Origin: an uncultured Smithella sp.
GTDB taxonomy: Bacteria; Desulfobacterota; Syntrophia; Syntrophales; Smithellaceae
Direction of reading: 5' to 3'
Length of the DNA stretch: 64,000 nucleotides
Assembly: GCA_964646755.1 (NCBI GenBank)
Contig: CAZYIE010000011.1
Coordinates: 4,681-68,680 of the forward strand
Shown piece by piece: positions 38,267 to 48,032 of this stretch. The position numbers were made by a program, and so were the translations under genes. Positions within the stretch are counted from its first letter, which is position 1; each line of letters begins with the position of its first letter. The notes under the pieces are model-generated. The model did no database searches and had not been told where the DNA came from. It was given only the letters and a program-made list of their open reading frames with translations.

Positions 38267-38315
38267 GGGTCATGCGATCTTTAGCGACGATCAGCGTGTG
38301 GGGGGAGCAACATTC

Positions 38316-40127
38316 ATGGAGAGGGTAAATACGACATTACCGAAGCTGCTGCTGGAGAAAGCGGGGCTTTATCAAGACCGGGTTGCCATGCGCGAAAAAT
38401 TCAAAGGCATCTGGCAGGAAATCTCTTGGAATATGTACTTGGAAAAGGTCAGTGAATTCTGTTTGGGGCTTACGGACCTGGGCATGAAAAAAGGAGACCA
38501 GGCCTCGATTTTGGGAGAGAACTGCCCGGAATGGCTCTTTGCCGACTTGGGAATTCAGAGTCTGGGTGGTGTGGCAGTTGGTATTTATCCCACAAATTCG
38601 GCGGAGCAGGTCAAATATATTCTCGATCACTCCGAATCAAAGTTTGTTGTTGTTAAGGACCAGGAACAGGCAGACAAGGTACTGGCAGTAAAGGAAGAAT
38701 TGCCGCTGCTCAAAAAGATCATCGTCATCGACGTAAAAGGATTGCGTCACTACAATGAACCCCTGATCATTAGTTATAAGGATGTAGAAGCTTTAGGCAT
38801 AGAAGCCCTCCGGAAAGACCCGGCGGCTTTTACCCGTCTTGTTGAGCAGGGCCGGGCGGAGGATGTGGCTTTTATCGTCTATACGTCCGGAACAACGGGA
38901 CATCCCAAAGGCGCCATGCTTTCCCATCGGAATGTAATTCACCAGGCTGTCTATGCTCTGCAGCCGGTATTACACTTTACGGATCGGGATACTCTGCTCT
39001 CCTATTTGCCGCTGTGCCATATACTCGAGAGAAGCCTGACTATGAGCATGCCGCTGGTTTTCGGTTATACTGTAAGCTTTGCCGAATCGATCGATACGGT
39101 TCAGCAGAACATTCAGGAGATTCGCCCTTCTTTCTTTGCCGCCGTTCCGCGCATTTTGGAAAAACTTCACTCCGGCGTGCTAATCAAGATGGAAGACACG
39201 ACGCGTTTCAAGAAATTCATGTATAACTTCTGGCAGCCCGTAGGCTTGCGGGTATCGAGTTACCGAATGAACAACGAGAAGGTTCCGCTGCAATGGCTTT
39301 TGCTGTATGCGGTAGGTTATCTCTGGAGCTTTCGGTCCGTCCGCGACAAGGTCGGGATGCTCAATTGCCGGACTCTTATGAGCGGCGGCGCGCCTATTGC
39401 CCCGGAGGTCCTGACATTTTTCCGCTCGCTGGGTGTGCGAACCGTGGAAATGTATGGAGCTACGGAAACGTCCGGAACGATTTCCGGCCCCCATAAGAAA
39501 ATAAAACATGGATCTGTGGGTGAGCCTTGTCAAGGTTTGGAATTTCGACTGGCCGAGGATGGAGAAATTCATGTTAAGGGAGATTCCATCTTTGTCGGTT
39601 ATTATCGGGATGCCGAGGCCACATGTGAAGTTGTCCGTGACGGTTGGTATTGTACAGGGGATGTGGGCCAACTCGATGAAGACAATCACCTTTATATCGT
39701 TGATCGTAAGAAGGATATCATTATCACTTCCGGAGGAAAGAATATCTCTCCTTCGGAAATTGAAAACAAGCTTAAGTGCAGCATGTACATAAAAGAGGCT
39801 ATTGCCATTGGTGACCGCCGAAAGTATATCAGTGCGCTGATTCAGATCGATTACGAAAACGTGGGGAACTGGGCGCAGAAGAACAAAATTGCTTATACGA
39901 CCTATCGTAGTCTGGCGGAAAATCCCAAAGTCAAGGAACTGATTAAGCAGGAGATTGACGCGGCGAATGAAGGTCTGGCCAATGTGGAAAGTGTCAAGAA
40001 GTTCAAGATTCTGGAAAAGGAGCTAGACCAGGATGATGAGGAATTGACCGCCACGCAGAAAGTAAAGCGCAAGACCATTGAGAAGCGGTTTCAACAGGAG
40101 ATAGCGGAAATGTACGGCGGGCGCTGA
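38316..40127 (+). CDS. AMP-forming long-chain-type acyl-CoA synthetase (COG1022-like), cassette B
   Basis: Motifs YTSGTTGHPKGAMLSH, TGDVGQLDEDNHLYIVDRKKDIIITSGGKNISP and TQKVKRK. ATG 38316 after GGGGGGAG aligns best with the paralog N-termini. An upstream ATG at 38256 would overlap the livG-like stop. Confidence 0.9.
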   Translation: MERVNTTLPKLLLEKAGLYQDRVAMREKFKGIWQEISWNMYLEKVSEFCLGLTDLGMKKGDQASILGENCPEWLFADLGIQSLGGVAVGIYPTNSAEQVKYILDHSESKFVVVKDQEQADKVLAVKEELPLLKKIIVIDVKGLRHYNEPLIISYKDVEALGIEALRKDPAAFTRLVEQGRAEDVAFIVYTSGTTGHPKGAMLSHRNVIHQAVYALQPVLHFTDRDTLLSYLPLCHILERSLTMSMPLVFGYTVSFAESIDTVQQNIQEIRPSFFAAVPRILEKLHSGVLIKMEDTTRFKKFMYNFWQPVGLRVSSYRMNNEKVPLQWLLLYAVGYLWSFRSVRDKVGMLNCRTLMSGGAPIAPEVLTFFRSLGVRTVEMYGATETSGTISGPHKKIKHGSVGEPCQGLEFRLAEDGEIHVKGDSIFVGYYRDAEATCEVVRDGWYCTGDVGQLDEDNHLYIVDRKKDIIITSGGKNISPSEIENKLKCSMYIKEAIAIGDRRKYISALIQIDYENVGNWAQKNKIAYTTYRSLAENPKVKELIKQEIDAANEGLANVESVKKFKILEKELDQDDEELTATQKVKRKTIEKRFQQEIAEMYGGR

Positions 40128-40168
40128 GAGTCCCGCCGGGAGGAAAATTCAGAGAGGGTGTTGATATA

Positions 40169-41068
40169 ATGGAAAAAATTATCGAGATTCTGTTTAATGG
40201 TTTGTCCATGGGAGCGATTTACGCCCTGATGGCCCTGGGTTTTGTTCTCATCTTTAAATCGACAGGTGTGATTAACTTTGCCCAGGGCGAGTTAGCCATG
40301 GTGGGTGCTTTTATCTGTTACAGCTTTGCCACTATGATGAATGTTCCTTATATTTATGCCTTCTTTATAGCCTTGATCGGCGGCATCATTCTGGGTGCGG
40401 CAGTTTACCAGATCTTCTTTAGGACCATGGTGGGTGAACCACTGTTTTCCACGATCATGGTCACCGTAGGACTTGCCAGTATCCTGACGTGTCTCGCGGG
40501 GCTCATCTGGGGTCACGATGTCTATTCGCTTAGTTCCCCTTTTACAGACAAGGTCATTCACCTGGATAAAATTACCTTGGCCCAGGGTTCGATCTCCACT
40601 ATTATTGTATCTATCGTACTGTTTGTCGTCGTCATCCTGTTTTTTAGCCGCTCTCTGCTGGGAATCTCTATGCGGGGTTCGGCGGAAGACCCGGATACGG
40701 CGGGGCTCATGGGAATCAACGTGAAGAAAATTCACATGGTGGCCTGGGCATTGGGAGGGCTGGTGGCAGCTGTGGCCGGTATGTTCCTTGCGGAGCAGAG
40801 CTTTGTCCGTCTGGCGATGAGCCATGTGGGGCTTAAGGCCATGGCGGCGGCAATTCTCGGTGGAATGGAAAGCATCGGCGGTGCTATCGTGGGCGGCATA
40901 ATTATTGGTGTTGTCGAAGGGTTGGCGGCGAATTATCTAAGTGGCATGTCGCTGGGAAATTTCCACATGGGTGATATCAAGGACGTGGCCGCCTTTGCGA
41001 TTATGATCATCGTTCTGATGATCCGGCCGCACGGTATTTTCGGCAAGGAAAAAGTGGAAAGGGTGTAA
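40169..41068 (+). CDS. Liv-type ABC permease (LivH-like), cassette B
   Basis: 299 aa with the motif VINFAQGELAM. Confidence 0.9.
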   Translation: MEKIIEILFNGLSMGAIYALMALGFVLIFKSTGVINFAQGELAMVGAFICYSFATMMNVPYIYAFFIALIGGIILGAAVYQIFFRTMVGEPLFSTIMVTVGLASILTCLAGLIWGHDVYSLSSPFTDKVIHLDKITLAQGSISTIIVSIVLFVVVILFFSRSLLGISMRGSAEDPDTAGLMGINVKKIHMVAWALGGLVAAVAGMFLAEQSFVRLAMSHVGLKAMAAAILGGMESIGGAIVGGIIIGVVEGLAANYLSGMSLGNFHMGDIKDVAAFAIMIIVLMIRPHGIFGKEKVERV

Positions 41069-41076
41069 AAACGTTT

Positions 41077-42111
41077 ATGGCGAATTTTAAAGTCAGTTAC
41101 CGGGAAGATACAGCGCTTTTCCAGAACCTCTGGGTCAAGTCCTGGTTGGTAATATTTATCGTGGCGATGCTGGTGCTCCCTTTTCTGCTGTCTCGTTATC
41201 AGTTGAGCATTCTCGATGAGATGGGGATTGCCGTGATTGGCGCTTTGGGCCTCAATCTCCTGATAGGCTATACGGGGCAGATTTCGCTGGGGCACGGCGC
41301 CTTTGTCGCCATCGGTGCATATACATCTGGTTTGCTCGCCGGAACGCTGGGAGTGCCTTTCATAATTTCGCTGCCTCTTTCCGGCCTTATGGCCGCCTTG
41401 CTTAGCCTGATCGTGGGCGTTCCCTCTCTGCGGTTGAAAGGCCTTTATCTGGCCCTCGGGACATTGGCCTTTGGTTTTATCATCGAGTACATCCTGTTTC
41501 ACTGGGACCTTACCAGAGGAGATACGGGCATGGCCGTTCCGAAGATCGGAACGGAAGGCTTTTATATCGAAACGGAACGGCAGTTCTTTTTCCTGATCAT
41601 GTTTTTTGCGGTCATCGCGACACTTGTGGCGAAGAATCTTGCCCGGACGAAAATTGGACGCTCATTTGTAGCCATCCGCGATCGCGACATCGCGGCGGAG
41701 GCCATGGGGATTTCACTGGCTAAATATAAAATAATGGCGTTTGCTGTTGCCGCTTTTTATGCCGGTGTGGCGGGAAGTCTGATGGCTTACTACCAGAAAT
41801 GGATCGTGCCCGGAAACTTTGATATTACCTTGTCTATCGCCTATATTGCCATGATCGTTCTCGGGGGCATGGGTACTGTTCTGGGCTCCATTCTTGGAGC
41901 CATTTTGATCACCGGCATTCCCCACGCCATCGTTTACCTGACCGACGCACTTCGCGGTACTTATCCCAATCTCAGCAACTTGATCGTGGATTTGAAACTC
42001 GGCATCTTCGGTCTGGTCATTGTTTTAACACTCCTGTTCGAACCTCAGGGGCTTGTTGGCATCTATCGGCGTATCAAAATTTACTGGAAGACCTGGCCCT
42101 TTAAGTATTAA
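41077..42111 (+). CDS. Liv-type ABC permease (LivM-like), cassette B
   Basis: 344 aa with GYTGQISLGHGAFVAIGAY. The C-terminus is ...RIKIYWKTWPFKY. Confidence 0.9.
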   Translation: MANFKVSYREDTALFQNLWVKSWLVIFIVAMLVLPFLLSRYQLSILDEMGIAVIGALGLNLLIGYTGQISLGHGAFVAIGAYTSGLLAGTLGVPFIISLPLSGLMAALLSLIVGVPSLRLKGLYLALGTLAFGFIIEYILFHWDLTRGDTGMAVPKIGTEGFYIETERQFFFLIMFFAVIATLVAKNLARTKIGRSFVAIRDRDIAAEAMGISLAKYKIMAFAVAAFYAGVAGSLMAYYQKWIVPGNFDITLSIAYIAMIVLGGMGTVLGSILGAILITGIPHAIVYLTDALRGTYPNLSNLIVDLKLGIFGLVIVLTLLFEPQGLVGIYRRIKIYWKTWPFKY

Positions 42112-42370
42112 GTTTGTTGCAATGCTGGTACAACATTGATTTTAGAAGAGAATGCTTTATTTCAACCAGCGATAAATGATATAAATTACATTGATTATAA
42201 TGATAGGAATAGGTTGTTTTTATGAGGTGTTGAACTACACCATTGTATGGTCAAAATAATGTAGGATCGCCGGGAAAAAGGCGGCAAGAGGAGTATGTGA
42301 GACTTAACATTTAGCTGATGGAAAAGCCGGTCTGCCGGATCTGTCAATCCATGAAAGGAGCAAATTACCA

Positions 42371-43696
42371 ATGAAGAAGATTATGAGGGGAGTAGTATTA
42401 GCGGTGTTAACGATTCCCGTGTTCTGTGTTATTGTCTTTGCTCAGGCCCAGTCCCCGAAATTTCCCGACGCGGCGGCGTCAGATCCTGTAGTGCTCGGAT
42501 GGATGCAGGGTTTTCCACCCAAGGCTGACAAGATCATTCGCTTCGGTGATGTTAGCTTCTACCGTTTTCCCCAATCACGCTGGTCATTTAGCAACATGAG
42601 GCAGCTCGTTCCGACGGTTGCAGTTTCACGTGGTGATGGTCCGGTTACCCCACTGCCTCGCGCCGAGAGGACGGATCTGGATGCTGTGAAGTTTACGACC
42701 CTCGATGGCCGGGAAATGACGTGGGGTGAGTCGATCGCAGCGAACTACACCGACGGCATCGTTGTGCTGCACAAAGGCAGGATCGTATATGAGAAATTCT
42801 TAGGCGCTTTCAGCCCGATTAAGCTGCATTGGGCGGCGTCGGTAACGAAGTCCTTTGTGGGCACCCTCGCCGCCATTCTTGTTGACGAGGGCAAGCTTGA
42901 TCCTGAGGCTCTCTGCTCGAAATATGTGCCGGAACTCAAGGATACCGCTTACGCCGACGCGACGCTCCGGCAGGTTATGGATATGACGGTCAGTGTGAAG
43001 TTTTCGGAAGTCTATGCCGACCCGAAGGCCGACATTTGGGTTTTTGCAAGGGCCACCGGAATGTTTCCGCTGCCGCCGAACTATGATGGTCCGCGCAATA
43101 CCTATGACATGCTCCTCGCACTCACCAAGCAGAAAAATGGCGAACATGGGGAGAGGTTTACCTATAAGAGCGTCGATCCCGAAGTTTTGGCCTGGATTAT
43201 TAGCCGTGTCTCGGGGAAATCTCTTGCTGAACTCACCTCAGAAAAGATATGGACAAAACTCGGCGCTGAGCACGATGCCTGCTACTGGGTAGACAGCATT
43301 GGTGTGAATTTGGCAGGCGGGGGCCTGAACACGTCACTGCGTGATCTCGCCCGATTCGGGGAGATGCTGCGTCTGGACGGCTACTACAACGGACAGCAGA
43401 TTGTCCCCCGCTCTGTTGTGGCTGATATACGCCGTGGCGCCGACAAGGGAAACTTTGCCAAAGCCGGTTATAAAACTCTGCCCGGATGGTCTTACCGGAA
43501 CTTCTGGTGGGTGTCGCACAATGAACATGGCGTCTACACTGCGCGCGGAGTTCACGGGCAGCTCATCTGGATCGATCCAAAGGCAGAAATGGTGATTGCC
43601 CGGTATGCATCTTATCCCATAGCATCGAACCCTCTCATCGATCCCACGTCATTGCCGGCTTATATGGCCATAGCAAAGCACCTGATGAAGGACTAG
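42371..43696 (+). CDS. exported serine hydrolase of the beta-lactamase/transpeptidase-like (class C / esterase) family
   Basis: 441 aa. A signal peptide ends ..VFAQAQS. The SxxK motif is ASVTKSF. GAAAGGAG RBS is present. It lies between the permease and SBP genes of cassette B. Confidence 0.8.
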   Translation: MKKIMRGVVLAVLTIPVFCVIVFAQAQSPKFPDAAASDPVVLGWMQGFPPKADKIIRFGDVSFYRFPQSRWSFSNMRQLVPTVAVSRGDGPVTPLPRAERTDLDAVKFTTLDGREMTWGESIAANYTDGIVVLHKGRIVYEKFLGAFSPIKLHWAASVTKSFVGTLAAILVDEGKLDPEALCSKYVPELKDTAYADATLRQVMDMTVSVKFSEVYADPKADIWVFARATGMFPLPPNYDGPRNTYDMLLALTKQKNGEHGERFTYKSVDPEVLAWIISRVSGKSLAELTSEKIWTKLGAEHDACYWVDSIGVNLAGGGLNTSLRDLARFGEMLRLDGYYNGQQIVPRSVVADIRRGADKGNFAKAGYKTLPGWSYRNFWWVSHNEHGVYTARGVHGQLIWIDPKAEMVIARYASYPIASNPLIDPTSLPAYMAIAKHLMKD

Positions 43697-43802
43697 TCCA
43701 GTGAAAGACGTAATAAGTAGCCTCGGAGGCCGGTCGTTTCCGCCGGCGTCGAAAAGTCCAAATAGATTAGTGTCAAAATCGATGTCAATGGTTGTTTGCA
43801 CC

Positions 43803-43835
43803 GTCCCTGTCCCCGTTCCACAGCGGGACAGGGAC
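43803..43835 (+). other. perfect 11-bp stem-loop between the hydrolase and SBP genes
   Basis: GTCCCTGTCCC, an 11-nt loop, then GGGACAGGGAC. There is no U-tract. Confidence 0.6.
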
Positions 43836-43874
43836 ACTAATAATATTGACCATATTATAAAAAGGAGGAAGTAT

Positions 43875-45086
43875 ATGAAAATTAGATTGTGGGGATTAAG
43901 CTTGATGTTGGCGGTTGTCTTGTGTCTGTCGGTGCAGAGCGCCTGGGCGGCAACCGTGCGCGGCGTTACAGATAAGGAAATCAAAATAGCCTGTCTCGTC
44001 GACCTTTCCGGACCGGGGAAATACGGCGGCCCGCCTATTGCCGATGCTTTTCGTGATTATGTGGCCTGGGTCAATGATACGGGTGGAATTAGCGGCAGAA
44101 AAATCAATCTGATTGTCGAGGACAACGGGATCCTTCCCACCACAACGATGAATGCGGCCAAGAAAGTGATTCTGAAAGATGAGGTTTTGGCCATTGCCTT
44201 CAACCTGGGCAGTGCTGGTTCCAGCGCGATCGTGCCCCTGTGTGCCGAGAACAAGGTTGTCCTTATGCCCCACGGGGCCAACAAGGGATTCTATCATCCC
44301 GGCAATAAATGGGTCTTCGTGCCCCATACGGTTCAGTTCGGTATGGCTTCCCGGGCGGTTGAGTATATTCTGAGTAAAAATAGCAAGGCGCGGATCGGAG
44401 TCATTTATCAGGATGACGATTTTGGCAAAGAAGGGCTGGAGGGAGCAAGCGCGGCTGCCACGTTCATGAAGACGAAGCTGGTGGCACAGGCTCCTTACAA
44501 GACCGGTACGATCGATTTCACACCGCATATGAATGCCATGAAGGAAGCCAACGTGGACGCAATCGTCCTTTGGACTTACCTGCCCCAGTCAGCAGCGATC
44601 ATTAAACAGAAGGTCAAGATGGCCTGGGATGTTCAGTTGATATCGAACAATACCACGGGCGTCCCGCCGCTCTTTGCTCTGACCGGTGAGGCGGCAGACG
44701 GCTATATGCTGGTCACGCCTTACGCGCCGGGGCACACCGATCTACCGGGGATTAAACGCATCAAGGAGATTAACAAGAAGTACGGCAATGCCGCCAAGAC
44801 CCTGGAAAATCCAGCGTACCCGGACTATCTGTACCTGGCCGGTTGGGGATACATTGAAGCCATGGCCCAGGGGCTGCGCAAGGCCGGTAGGGATTTGAAT
44901 CCCGAGACTTTGGTGAAAGGACTGGAAAGCGTCCATAATTTTGATATGGGCGGTCTGTGTCCAAACATTACTTTTGGACCCAAGCAGCATGTGAGCAGTT
45001 TCTCCAGCCTGATCCTCAAGGCGGACGGAAAAGCCAAGCGTTTTGTCATTGTCGATTCGATTAAGGCGCCTAAGACGCCGCAGTAG
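43875..45086 (+). CDS. periplasmic substrate-binding protein (type I PBP, LivK-like), cassette B
   Basis: ATG 43875 follows AAAGGAGGAA. The signal peptide is MKIRLWGLSLMLAVVLCLSVQSAWA and VNDTGGISGRKI is present. The track ORF's upstream extension from 43701 has no support. Confidence 0.9.
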   Translation: MKIRLWGLSLMLAVVLCLSVQSAWAATVRGVTDKEIKIACLVDLSGPGKYGGPPIADAFRDYVAWVNDTGGISGRKINLIVEDNGILPTTTMNAAKKVILKDEVLAIAFNLGSAGSSAIVPLCAENKVVLMPHGANKGFYHPGNKWVFVPHTVQFGMASRAVEYILSKNSKARIGVIYQDDDFGKEGLEGASAAATFMKTKLVAQAPYKTGTIDFTPHMNAMKEANVDAIVLWTYLPQSAAIIKQKVKMAWDVQLISNNTTGVPPLFALTGEAADGYMLVTPYAPGHTDLPGIKRIKEINKKYGNAAKTLENPAYPDYLYLAGWGYIEAMAQGLRKAGRDLNPETLVKGLESVHNFDMGGLCPNITFGPKQHVSSFSSLILKADGKAKRFVIVDSIKAPKTPQ

Positions 45087-45140
45087 TAGCCGGAATATCG
45101 CTGGTCTGGTAATGCATAGGACCAAAGTCCATTTGTCGAT

Positions 45141-45175
45141 GTTAGGAGGCAGGTAGGTTGTCCCGGCCTCCTAAC
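45141..45175 (+). terminator. terminator-like hairpin after cassette B
   Basis: Perfect 10-bp stem GTTAGGAGGC / GCCTCCTAAC with a 15-nt loop, ~55 nt after the SBP stop. The U-tract is weak. Confidence 0.5.
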
Positions 45176-45467
45176 ATTGGCAGTTTTACAGAAATTATTG
45201 AAATTACTTGATTACAGCCTTCGTAACCTCAAGGTCATCTACGTCGGGAATGATGACAAAAAGGGCAAAATCGACTTTTTACGAGGCCAATTTAGATGAA
45301 ATTTGGCCGCGTTTGATCTGCCGGAGTGTCGGCGAGAGCGTGCCCGCGCAACATATGGATGGTTGCAAAACCGTATGTTGTGCGCTCTCTTGCGTTTTCA
45401 GGGAAACTTCCGGGTTAAGTCCTTGAAATAAAAAGCACTTAATGTAATCAGATGGTTGGCATTTATC

Positions 45468-45496
45468 TTGCAGTAAATGCTGTCTGTTTGTATTAT
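45468..45496 (+). promoter_or_regulatory. candidate promoter of the atypical beta-oxidation module
   Basis: TTGCAG, a 17-nt spacer, then TATTAT. It lies ~35 nt upstream of the GTG start at 45531, which has an AAAGGAGA RBS. Confidence 0.4.
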
Positions 45497-45530
45497 CTGG
45501 CAATAAATATTCGGAAAAGGAGAATAAATC

Positions 45531-46295
45531 GTGGATACATCCTATTTATCATTGGAAGGGAAAGTTGCAGTTGTTACCGGAGGAAGCCGGGGCATTGGTG
45601 AGGCGATAGCATTGGTTTTTGCTGATGCAGGAGCCGATGTGGCTATTTGTAGCCGTAAACTGGAAGATCTGGAAAAGGTTGCTGTGAAAATCAGGGCCAT
45701 GGGACGTAAAGCCCTTGCCGTGCCTATGCACAACCGGGAAATAGACAGTATAAAGAACGGAATTGATGCTATCGTCAAAGAATTCGGGCGGATTGATATT
45801 CTGGTGAATAATGCGGCCACCAATCCCGGCATGGGCTACCTCGTTGATATGGACGAGAAAATGTACGACCAGATCATGGTCACTAACCTCAAGGGTTATA
45901 CCGTCATGAGCCAGCTGGTGGGCAAGATTATGCGCGAGCAGAAGAGCGGCAATATAGTTAATGTCTCTTCTGTCGGCGGCGTAAGTCCCGATAAAGGTTT
46001 GGGATTGTATTGCATTAGTAAAGCCGGCATCGGCATGCTGACCCGCGCTATGGCCAAAGAAATGGGTGAATTCGGTATCCGTGTGAACTGTATCGCACCG
46101 GGTGTGACAAGGACTAAATTCAGCAAAGCTCTGTGGAGCAACGAAGAGATGATGAAGGTGGAAATGGCTCATATGCCGATTAAACGTGTTGCCGAGCCGG
46201 TAGAAATGGGTCGTATAGCATTATTTCTCGCTTCGGAGGCCTCGGCTTACATGACGGGACAGATTCTTGTTGCGGACGGTGGCGGATCAATTTAG
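45531..46295 (+). CDS. short-chain dehydrogenase/reductase (3-oxoacyl / 3-hydroxyacyl reductase-like)
   Basis: 254 aa. Motifs are TGGSRGIG, NNAA and the catalytic S...YCISK. Confidence 0.9.
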   Translation: MDTSYLSLEGKVAVVTGGSRGIGEAIALVFADAGADVAICSRKLEDLEKVAVKIRAMGRKALAVPMHNREIDSIKNGIDAIVKEFGRIDILVNNAATNPGMGYLVDMDEKMYDQIMVTNLKGYTVMSQLVGKIMREQKSGNIVNVSSVGGVSPDKGLGLYCISKAGIGMLTRAMAKEMGEFGIRVNCIAPGVTRTKFSKALWSNEEMMKVEMAHMPIKRVAEPVEMGRIALFLASEASAYMTGQILVADGGGSI

Positions 46296-46418
46296 TTGTG
46301 TCCGGGGCAACATGGTTTCCTGAAAGAGAAAGGAAAACCGGAAGAACTAAGGTCAGAACTGAAGTGTAAGGCAATAAATATTTCAGAAGAGTCAAAAAAT
46401 CAGGAGGTATAAATTACA

Positions 46419-47864
46419 ATGGGCTTAATGACAGCAGATCAATATAGAGAGAGTTTAAACGACGGCAGGGTTGTCTATTACAAAGGCAAGAAGATCGATA
46501 ATGTTTGCGACCATCCCCATCTCGCTGCCTGCGTCAATACGGTGGCCGTGGATTATGAAATGGCCCACGATCCGCAGTACAAGGATCTGGCACTGGTTTA
46601 CGATGAAGAACTCAAAGAAAATATCAGCAGATACAACCATATCCCCAAGAACGGCCAGGATCTGTTGAAGCACCTGGAGCTTATCATCAAGGCAACGGAA
46701 CTGGGGCAAGGATACATTCCCCTGGCCCACGATATCGGCGCCGATGCCATGAACGCCATTGCCATTACGGCCAGGACCATGGGCGAGGCCGGCAAGGTGT
46801 ATGCCGAACGTATCGAAAAATACAGAAAATACTTAAAGCAGACTGATAAATGCGTCGTGGCGGGAGTGACTGATGCCAAAGGCGACCGGCATCTGAAGCC
46901 TTCCGATCCGGGGCAGGCGAATCCCGACTTTCAAGTGCGTCTGGTCAGCAAAGATGATAAAGGGATTATCGTTCGGGGCGCCAAGGTTCATATTACCGGA
47001 GCTGCCTACTGTAACGAATTCTTCGTTATCCCCTGTAAGGCCATGAGTTCTCCCGAGGAAGCTCCCTACGCAGTAGCATTTGCCATCCAGGCCAATGCCA
47101 AGGGGATCCGGCAGATCGTCCGTCCATTCAATGGCCGGATCAGTGATGACGAGTTTCCCCTGGACTCACCGTTGAGAATGATGCACACGGACTCCCTGAT
47201 TATCTTTGATGATGTTTTTGTGCCCTGGGACAGGGTGTTCCTTTGCGGTGAGTGGAAGTTTGCGGCCACCATGGTTTATAATTTTGCGCTGATGCATCGC
47301 CGGACAGGATGCGCCTATCGCATTCCAATGAGCGAGCAACTGCTGGGTATTGCCCAGGCTATCGCCGAGTATAACGGCGTGGCCGACGCCCCCCACGTTA
47401 AGGAAAAGATCACGGAGATCGTAATCTATCTCGAGACGCTCAATGCACTGTCGCGGTCGGCCTGTCTGGATTTCGTGGATCATGCCGGCATTCCCGTTCC
47501 TAATCCCATTACAACAAATATCGCCAAATACCATTTTGCTCACAACTACCACAAGATTTGCGAGATCATTCAGGATCTGGCCGGTGGGCTTCTGGTTACC
47601 GCGCCGACTTACAGAGACTGGATGAACCCCGAAACGCACGAGGACATCAAGAAGTACCTCCAGGGCAGTGCAAAAGTTCCGACGGAGCACAGACTGCGGA
47701 TGTTTGATTTGGTTCGCCGATTGACCGCAGGTGATCTGGAAACGATTTGTCTCCACGGAGAGGGTTCACCCTTTGCGGAAAGAATGACCATTCTGATGGA
47801 AGCGCGAAAGACCATCGCCCGCTGCAAGGCGCTTGCCGAGGAAATGGCAGGTATCAAGAAATAA
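46419..47864 (+). CDS. 4-hydroxybutyryl-CoA dehydratase / vinylacetyl-CoA isomerase (AbfD)-HpaB family protein
   Basis: 481 aa. The N-terminus MTADQYRESLNDGRVVYYKGKKIDNV.DHP and the C-terminus ...AEEMAGIKK closely parallel AbfD as I recall it. AGGAGG RBS is present. Confidence 0.8.
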   Translation: MGLMTADQYRESLNDGRVVYYKGKKIDNVCDHPHLAACVNTVAVDYEMAHDPQYKDLALVYDEELKENISRYNHIPKNGQDLLKHLELIIKATELGQGYIPLAHDIGADAMNAIAITARTMGEAGKVYAERIEKYRKYLKQTDKCVVAGVTDAKGDRHLKPSDPGQANPDFQVRLVSKDDKGIIVRGAKVHITGAAYCNEFFVIPCKAMSSPEEAPYAVAFAIQANAKGIRQIVRPFNGRISDDEFPLDSPLRMMHTDSLIIFDDVFVPWDRVFLCGEWKFAATMVYNFALMHRRTGCAYRIPMSEQLLGIAQAIAEYNGVADAPHVKEKITEIVIYLETLNALSRSACLDFVDHAGIPVPNPITTNIAKYHFAHNYHKICEIIQDLAGGLLVTAPTYRDWMNPETHEDIKKYLQGSAKVPTEHRLRMFDLVRRLTAGDLETICLHGEGSPFAERMTILMEARKTIARCKALAEEMAGIKK

Positions 47865-47883
47865 TTAAACCACAATTGGCTGA

Positions 47884-47919
47884 CGGATGCGACCACCATC
47901 TTACGGTGGTGCGCATCCG
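47884..47919 (+). other. strong GC hairpin after the AbfD-like gene
   Basis: CGGATGCGACCACC, a 7-nt loop, then GGTGGTGCGCATCCG, with one bulge. There is no U-tract. Confidence 0.6.
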
Positions 47920-48032
47920 GAAGGCAATGTGTTCTTGCCGGGTCAGACTTTTCGAAGCATCAGGAAACAAGGCTGGTCCGTGTCGTAATTCTTCTTGTCG
48001 CTTCATAAAAGCGACAGGAATAAAGGACAAAT

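Noticed and set aside
42112-42370. AT-rich gap inside cassette B, checked for a mobile-element scar or insertion boundary.
   Set aside because: There are no inverted or direct terminal repeats and no transposase fragment. It is more simply an internal promoter region (perfect TATAAT at 42196-42201).
45208-45426. 72-aa ORF in the gap after cassette B.
   Set aside because: It has no RBS and no motif, and it overlaps predicted hairpins. I treat the region as non-coding.
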